Source: a virus
Lineage: Duplodnaviria; Caudoviricetes
IMG/VR virus record: IMGVR_UViG_3300026189_000008
Span: 1 to 50,079 of that record
Direction: 5' to 3' (one strand)
Length of the DNA stretch: 50,079 bases
In this document: positions 46,516 through 50,079 of the stretch, piece after piece
Numbering within the stretch: the first letter of the stretch is position 1
Layout: each line of letters opens with the position of its first letter
Notes under the pieces: model-generated
What the model was told of the DNA's origin: nothing
The model's database searches: none
The model's input: the letters and a program-made list of their open reading frames with translations, nothing else
Program-made: the position numbers and the translations under genes

Positions 46516-47706
46516 TTATTTACCGTAGTATCCTTTTTTATAATTTTTACCTGGTGCTGCTTTAATCGCGTCTTGCAAATGCTGTGGTAATTTATTTTGG
46601 TTACCAACTAATGCTTTTGTCAATGGTGACTTGGCAGACATCTTAAATGGTGATTTTGTATACATTTTATATGGCGATTTTAGTTTGCTCGCTGGGCTTG
46701 AGCCTGCGATTATTTCTTTTTGTTTTTCTACTGAAAAATCAGAAAGATCCATATTTTTAGTTCCTATTTCAACTTTTTGATCTTTGTTAGTATGCGTAGC
46801 ACCTTGTTGAGAACCTTTTACTCTTACATCAAGTTTAGCGTCAAGAGCCTCACTTAATTTTTTATTGTACTCATTCTTAACTTCTTTTTTCTTTTCTTTT
46901 CTGCTTTTTATATTACCAACATCTTCTTTAAATTGCTTTCTGTTAGATTTAATTGTTTTGTTAGCATCGTCCATCTTAGCAGACTTGTCAGATTTAATTT
47001 TACTTTTTGCATCTTTAAATTCAGCATCAGTCATATCTTTTTTCTTACCTCTAAGGTCTTTCATTGCTTGACGCTTATCTTTTCTAGCTTGTTGCTTATC
47101 ACCTCTTGCGCCTTCGTTAGCTGCTTTTTTCTTTTTAAGAGCATCACCAAATTGCTTACCTGCAGTATCACCAAGTTCGCCAGAATCACGCATTGTTTTA
47201 AGCTTTTGTCTTTGTGCTTTGTTTTTAGCAATCTTATCGCCTCTAATATCTTGTCTTAAAGTCCAAGGAGCAACGTAGTTACCCATTACTTTCTTTTTCA
47301 AATCGGATACATTGCTAACCTCAGTTGTTTCTCCCTGTTGTATTGACGTTGTTTCTTGAGGCTTGCCTTTACCATCAATAGTAAATTTGCTTGCATAATC
47401 TGCTCCAGCGGGTGAATTATACCATTTTTTCCATTTGTCTGGATCCATATACCCACCTGATCCATCATAGCTATCATCAGCGCCTTGGGTAGTTGTTTTA
47501 ATTACTTGGTCTGGTGATGTTGTTTTAGTTTTTGAGCCGTATTGCACAGAACCATCTTGGCCAAGTGAATACCCTTCTGCTTGTTCTACTTTATTAGCAT
47601 CTTCTTGTGCTTGTTTAGCTACAGAACCAACATCTAACATAGGTTCTCTAACTTTCATGCCCATTGAGGACGACTGATTTACTCTTGTTGTTATTGGTTT
47701 GTTCAT
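46516..47706 (-). CDS. Lys-rich protein with tandem KSPxK repeats
   Basis: Start MNKPITT at 47706; C-terminal SSPASKLKSPYKMYTKSPFKMSAKSPLTK. Confidence 0.75.
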   Translation of the reverse strand: MNKPITTRVNQSSSMGMKVREPMLDVGSVAKQAQEDANKVEQAEGYSLGQDGSVQYGSKTKTTSPDQVIKTTTQGADDSYDGSGGYMDPDKWKKWYNSPAGADYASKFTIDGKGKPQETTSIQQGETTEVSNVSDLKKKVMGNYVAPWTLRQDIRGDKIAKNKAQRQKLKTMRDSGELGDTAGKQFGDALKKKKAANEGARGDKQQARKDKRQAMKDLRGKKKDMTDAEFKDAKSKIKSDKSAKMDDANKTIKSNRKQFKEDVGNIKSRKEKKKEVKNEYNKKLSEALDAKLDVRVKGSQQGATHTNKDQKVEIGTKNMDLSDFSVEKQKEIIAGSSPASKLKSPYKMYTKSPFKMSAKSPLTKALVGNQNKLPQHLQDAIKAAPGKNYKKGYYGK

Positions 47707-47716
47707 GATGTTAGTT

Positions 47717-48013
47717 TTATAAATTGAATAAGTCCGATGGGATTTTACTCGTATCAAAGTTTAGTTTAAATTTTTCAGGGTCGAATTTAGCTGATATGTC
47801 TTTTATTTTGTCAGCGGCTGATTTTTCTGGTGGAGCAGCGACACTGCCGGAACTACCGGATTGTTGCCCTTTTTCTTTATCTATGGCTTCTTTTACAGTT
47901 CCACCAACATCTAAAAATTTGTCAGCAGCATCTGCTTCGCCGTATACTAATGCTTCATTCATCTTTGCAGGTGAACTGCAAGCTTTTTTAGTTATTGGTG
48001 TTGCTTTATACAT
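47717..48013 (-). CDS. Small protein with PIT...SPAK leader
   Basis: MYKATPITKKACSSPAKMNE; ATG 1 nt after the upstream stop. Confidence 0.7.
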   Translation of the reverse strand: MYKATPITKKACSSPAKMNEALVYGEADAADKFLDVGGTVKEAIDKEKGQQSGSSGSVAAPPEKSAADKIKDISAKFDPEKFKLNFDTSKIPSDLFNL

Positions 48014-48014
48014 A

Positions 48015-48395
48015 TTATGAATTTTTATAAGCATCAGCTTCCCAAGGAAAACCGTGTGCTCCTTCTTTTATTTTTTTACCAGCAGCTTCTATCATACCAT
48101 TATCTAATCTGGTATATACTCTTGCCGGCGACTTTGTATCTTTTTTCCAAGTTACGCTGTCGTCTGTATATGATAACTGCCCCTGCAGCATCTGATCGTG
48201 ATGCTCATCTTCATGAGCTATCGAATCAGCTTTTTGCTTTTTAGAGGCTTTTTTATCAACAAATGTAGTTCCATCACGATTAGCTTCTGCTATAACGTTA
48301 GGATCTAAATCTTTTTCAAAAACAGGTCTGCCAAATCTGGATAACTCATCGTTAAATCCGAACAATTCGCCTTTTGTTTTTAATTTAAGTGCCAT
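48015..48395 (-). CDS. Small zincin-like metallopeptidase
   Basis: IAHEDEHHDQ (HExxH) plus C-terminal PWEADAY supplying a possible third ligand. Confidence 0.68.
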   Translation of the reverse strand: MALKLKTKGELFGFNDELSRFGRPVFEKDLDPNVIAEANRDGTTFVDKKASKKQKADSIAHEDEHHDQMLQGQLSYTDDSVTWKKDTKSPARVYTRLDNGMIEAAGKKIKEGAHGFPWEADAYKNS

Positions 48396-48541
48396 TATTT
48401 TTTACCACCCATAAGCTTCCCAGCTAAAGCGCCAGCAGCACCTTTAATTAATGCTGGAGCAACTGCACCTGCAATCGCGCCTAATATTTTTGCGGGAGAC
48501 TTTGGAGCTCCTAAGTTATTTGGACCTATACCTTTTTTCAT
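48395..48541 (-). CDS. 48-aa peptide with leader, SPAK and amphipathic Gly/Ala helix, not in the ORF track
   Basis: MKKGIGPNNLGAPKSPAKILGAIAGAVAPALIKGAAGALAGKLMGGKK*; exactly fills the gap, TAATG-coupled to the peptidase. Confidence 0.75.
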   Translation of the reverse strand: MKKGIGPNNLGAPKSPAKILGAIAGAVAPALIKGAAGALAGKLMGGKK

Positions 48542-48542
48542 T

Positions 48543-48983
48543 TTATCTAGTTTTGTCGTTTATCATATCATCAATAGCTTTATTGTAAACTTTATCAGTA
48601 TATGACTTGTTGTTATAAAATATACTTCTTTGTGAGGTTGGCAAGTCTTCTTGCGCTAACATAATTCTGTATATACGCTTAATTAAGTTTTGACATTTAA
48701 ATGATGTTTTATATACAGCAAACTTAGATGTTGTTCTATTGCGTTCTTTAAATACATCAATCCAACCTTCTCGGCGTAATCGTTCCCATCTGTTTTTATC
48801 CCATGAGTATGTATATACACCTTCTATAAAATCATTACGTGTAAAGTGAACTTTGCAATCTAAATATATTAGTAGCTCTATATCAGCGTCTTTTAAATTA
48901 TATGTTTTACACGCCCACTTACGTATTATCCTGTAATATTTTAATAAATTTAATTCTTTTAAATCGTTCGCTTCTAGTCTCAT
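48543..48983 (-). CDS. Possible winged-helix DNA-binding protein
   Basis: LKDADIELLIYL...RLRREGWI...YKTS pattern resembles MarR-type wHTH. Confidence 0.5.
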   Translation of the reverse strand: MRLEANDLKELNLLKYYRIIRKWACKTYNLKDADIELLIYLDCKVHFTRNDFIEGVYTYSWDKNRWERLRREGWIDVFKERNRTTSKFAVYKTSFKCQNLIKRIYRIMLAQEDLPTSQRSIFYNNKSYTDKVYNKAIDDMINDKTR

Positions 48984-49237
48984 TCTATAATAACTACATC
49001 AACTGCTTTAATTACATAATATAGTTTACCATCGAAATCGATACCATGACCAGCATGTTTGTCATACCGTATTGTATCGCCAACTTTTACTATTGGTACT
49101 TGATCGCCAATACTTATAACTTTAGCTTTTAAATACCTTTCGTCTTTATTTTGCGCTTCTGTTAACTCTAAGCCACCTACTTTCTTCGGAGCTTCTTTTA
49201 TTTTGTCAACTACTAAATAATAACTAACTGCCTGCAT
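48980..49237 (-). CDS. groES: Co-chaperonin GroES
   Basis: KKVGGLEL mobile loop, AKVISIG...VKVGDTIRYDKHAG; adjacent to GroEL. Confidence 0.88.
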   Translation of the reverse strand: MQAVSYYLVVDKIKEAPKKVGGLELTEAQNKDERYLKAKVISIGDQVPIVKVGDTIRYDKHAGHGIDFDGKLYYVIKAVDVVIIE

Positions 49238-50079
49238 TTTGTACACGTATATTACTTATTATACAATCTGCAGATAAAATAGTTGTAGCAACCGAAACTG
49301 CATTTTTAAGAGCTGACTTTGTTACTAGCACAGGATCAATTATACCGGCATCAATCATTTCTACAGCTTCACCTGTTATAACATTTAAACCTGTACCTTG
49401 TGTCATTGGCTCTACATATTCTAGTTGAGCATTTTCTAATATTGTAGCATATGGCCATTTAATAGCTTCAAGCAATATTTCTTCACCAACATTTTCTGCA
49501 CTAATAAGAGTAGCTGCATTCAATAAAGCAACTCCGCCGCCTGGAACGATTCCTTCTTTATAAGCAGCTTTAGTCGCATATATTGCGTCTTCAACCCTGT
49601 CTTTCTTTTCTTTTAATTCTATTTTAGAATTACCAGCAACTTTAATTATGCCAACTTTACCGGTTAACATTGATAAACGTTGCTCAAGTTTCTTTTTAAA
49701 ATAACCGTTTTTTTCTTCTTTTATTTTATTTGAAACTTCTTTTATTCTTTGTTCTACAGCTGGGCTTTCAATAATTTGTAAAACTGTATTTTTATCATCA
49801 GTAACAGCTTTTTCAACTTCACCCAAACAGTCAGCATTGATAAAATCAAAATCATCACCTAATTGTTCATTTATAACTGTAGCACCTGTTAATATAGCTA
49901 AGTCTTGTATTGTGTCTTCTCTTGTTGGCCCAAAGCCAGGAAGATCTACTACATTAACTTTAATATTACCTTTTACTTTATTTGCTAATAACGTTGAAAG
50001 CGGCTGCTGATCAACTTCGGCAACTATAAGTAAACTTCTTTTCTTTTTAATAACATGCTCTAATATATTTTGTATACGT
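49224..50079 (-). CDS. groEL: Chaperonin GroEL, 5' part outside the window
   Basis: Frame stays open to the window end; PGFG, EKKDRVEDAIYATKAA, EGIVPGGGVAL and GIIDP motifs. Confidence 0.93.
   Translation of the reverse strand, partial: RIQNILEHVIKKKRSLLIVAEVDQQPLSTLLANKVKGNIKVNVVDLPGFGPTREDTIQDLAILTGATVINEQLGDDFDFINADCLGEVEKAVTDDKNTVLQIIESPAVEQRIKEVSNKIKEEKNGYFKKKLEQRLSMLTGKVGIIKVAGNSKIELKEKKDRVEDAIYATKAAYKEGIVPGGGVALLNAATLISAENVGEEILLEAIKWPYATILENAQLEYVEPMTQGTGLNVITGEAVEMIDAGIIDPVLVTKSALKNAVSVATTILSADCIISNIRVQNAGS

Noticed and set aside
11060-48244. Many 60-120 aa + strand ORFs in the track opposite the structural genes
   Set aside because: Antisense shadows of long coding genes with no motifs or start context
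1-50079. Stop-codon reassignment as in some crAss-like phages
   Set aside because: Genes are full length and tightly packed under the standard code, and TAG and TGA act as real stops at gene junctions
1-50079. CRISPR array, tRNA genes, integrase, reverse transcriptase/DGR, introns or inteins
   Set aside because: Intergenic gaps are very short, no spaced repeats or cloverleafs were seen, and nrdA, terL and the helicase appear uninterrupted; this was judged by eye only

Overview
The whole window is an AT-rich dsDNA tailed-phage genome segment with a short-tailed, podovirus-like virion module. The host is probably Bacteroidota (Flavobacteriia), inferred from A-rich start regions without Shine-Dalgarno sites and signal peptides ending in A/S-Q. 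Two arms converge at a hairpin near 11.1 kb. The + arm (1-11060) encodes an HTH protein, a sigma70-like factor, ERF, exonuclease, SSB, primase-helicase, a thymidylate-synthase-fold enzyme, MazG-like proteins, an endonuclease I-like protein and class Ia RNR. The - arm (50079-11110) encodes GroEL/GroES, a cluster of small basic proteins, a holin-like protein, terminase, portal, scaffold, major capsid, tail proteins, ejection proteins including a 2856-aa multidomain protein, an M15 endolysin and an exported-protein cassette. The most notable observations are: (1) many small basic proteins punctuated by an S-P-x-K motif next to a stand-alone HExxH peptidase, suggesting a processed peptide-cargo system; (2) a ThyA homologue with Asp at the E. 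coli Asn177 position, the dCMP-specific signature, next to MazG-like genes, suggesting modified cytosine; (3) a giant protein whose zincin, sigma-like and HAD regions are bounded by K-R-S motifs; (4) an endolysin, beta-barrel, CxxC-less thioredoxin and 11-aa four-Cys micro-ORF cassette; (5) a Cys-rich tail repeat split across gene boundaries. All calls come from motif reading by eye; no searches were run. No CRISPR array, tRNA, integrase or DNA polymerase was recognised.
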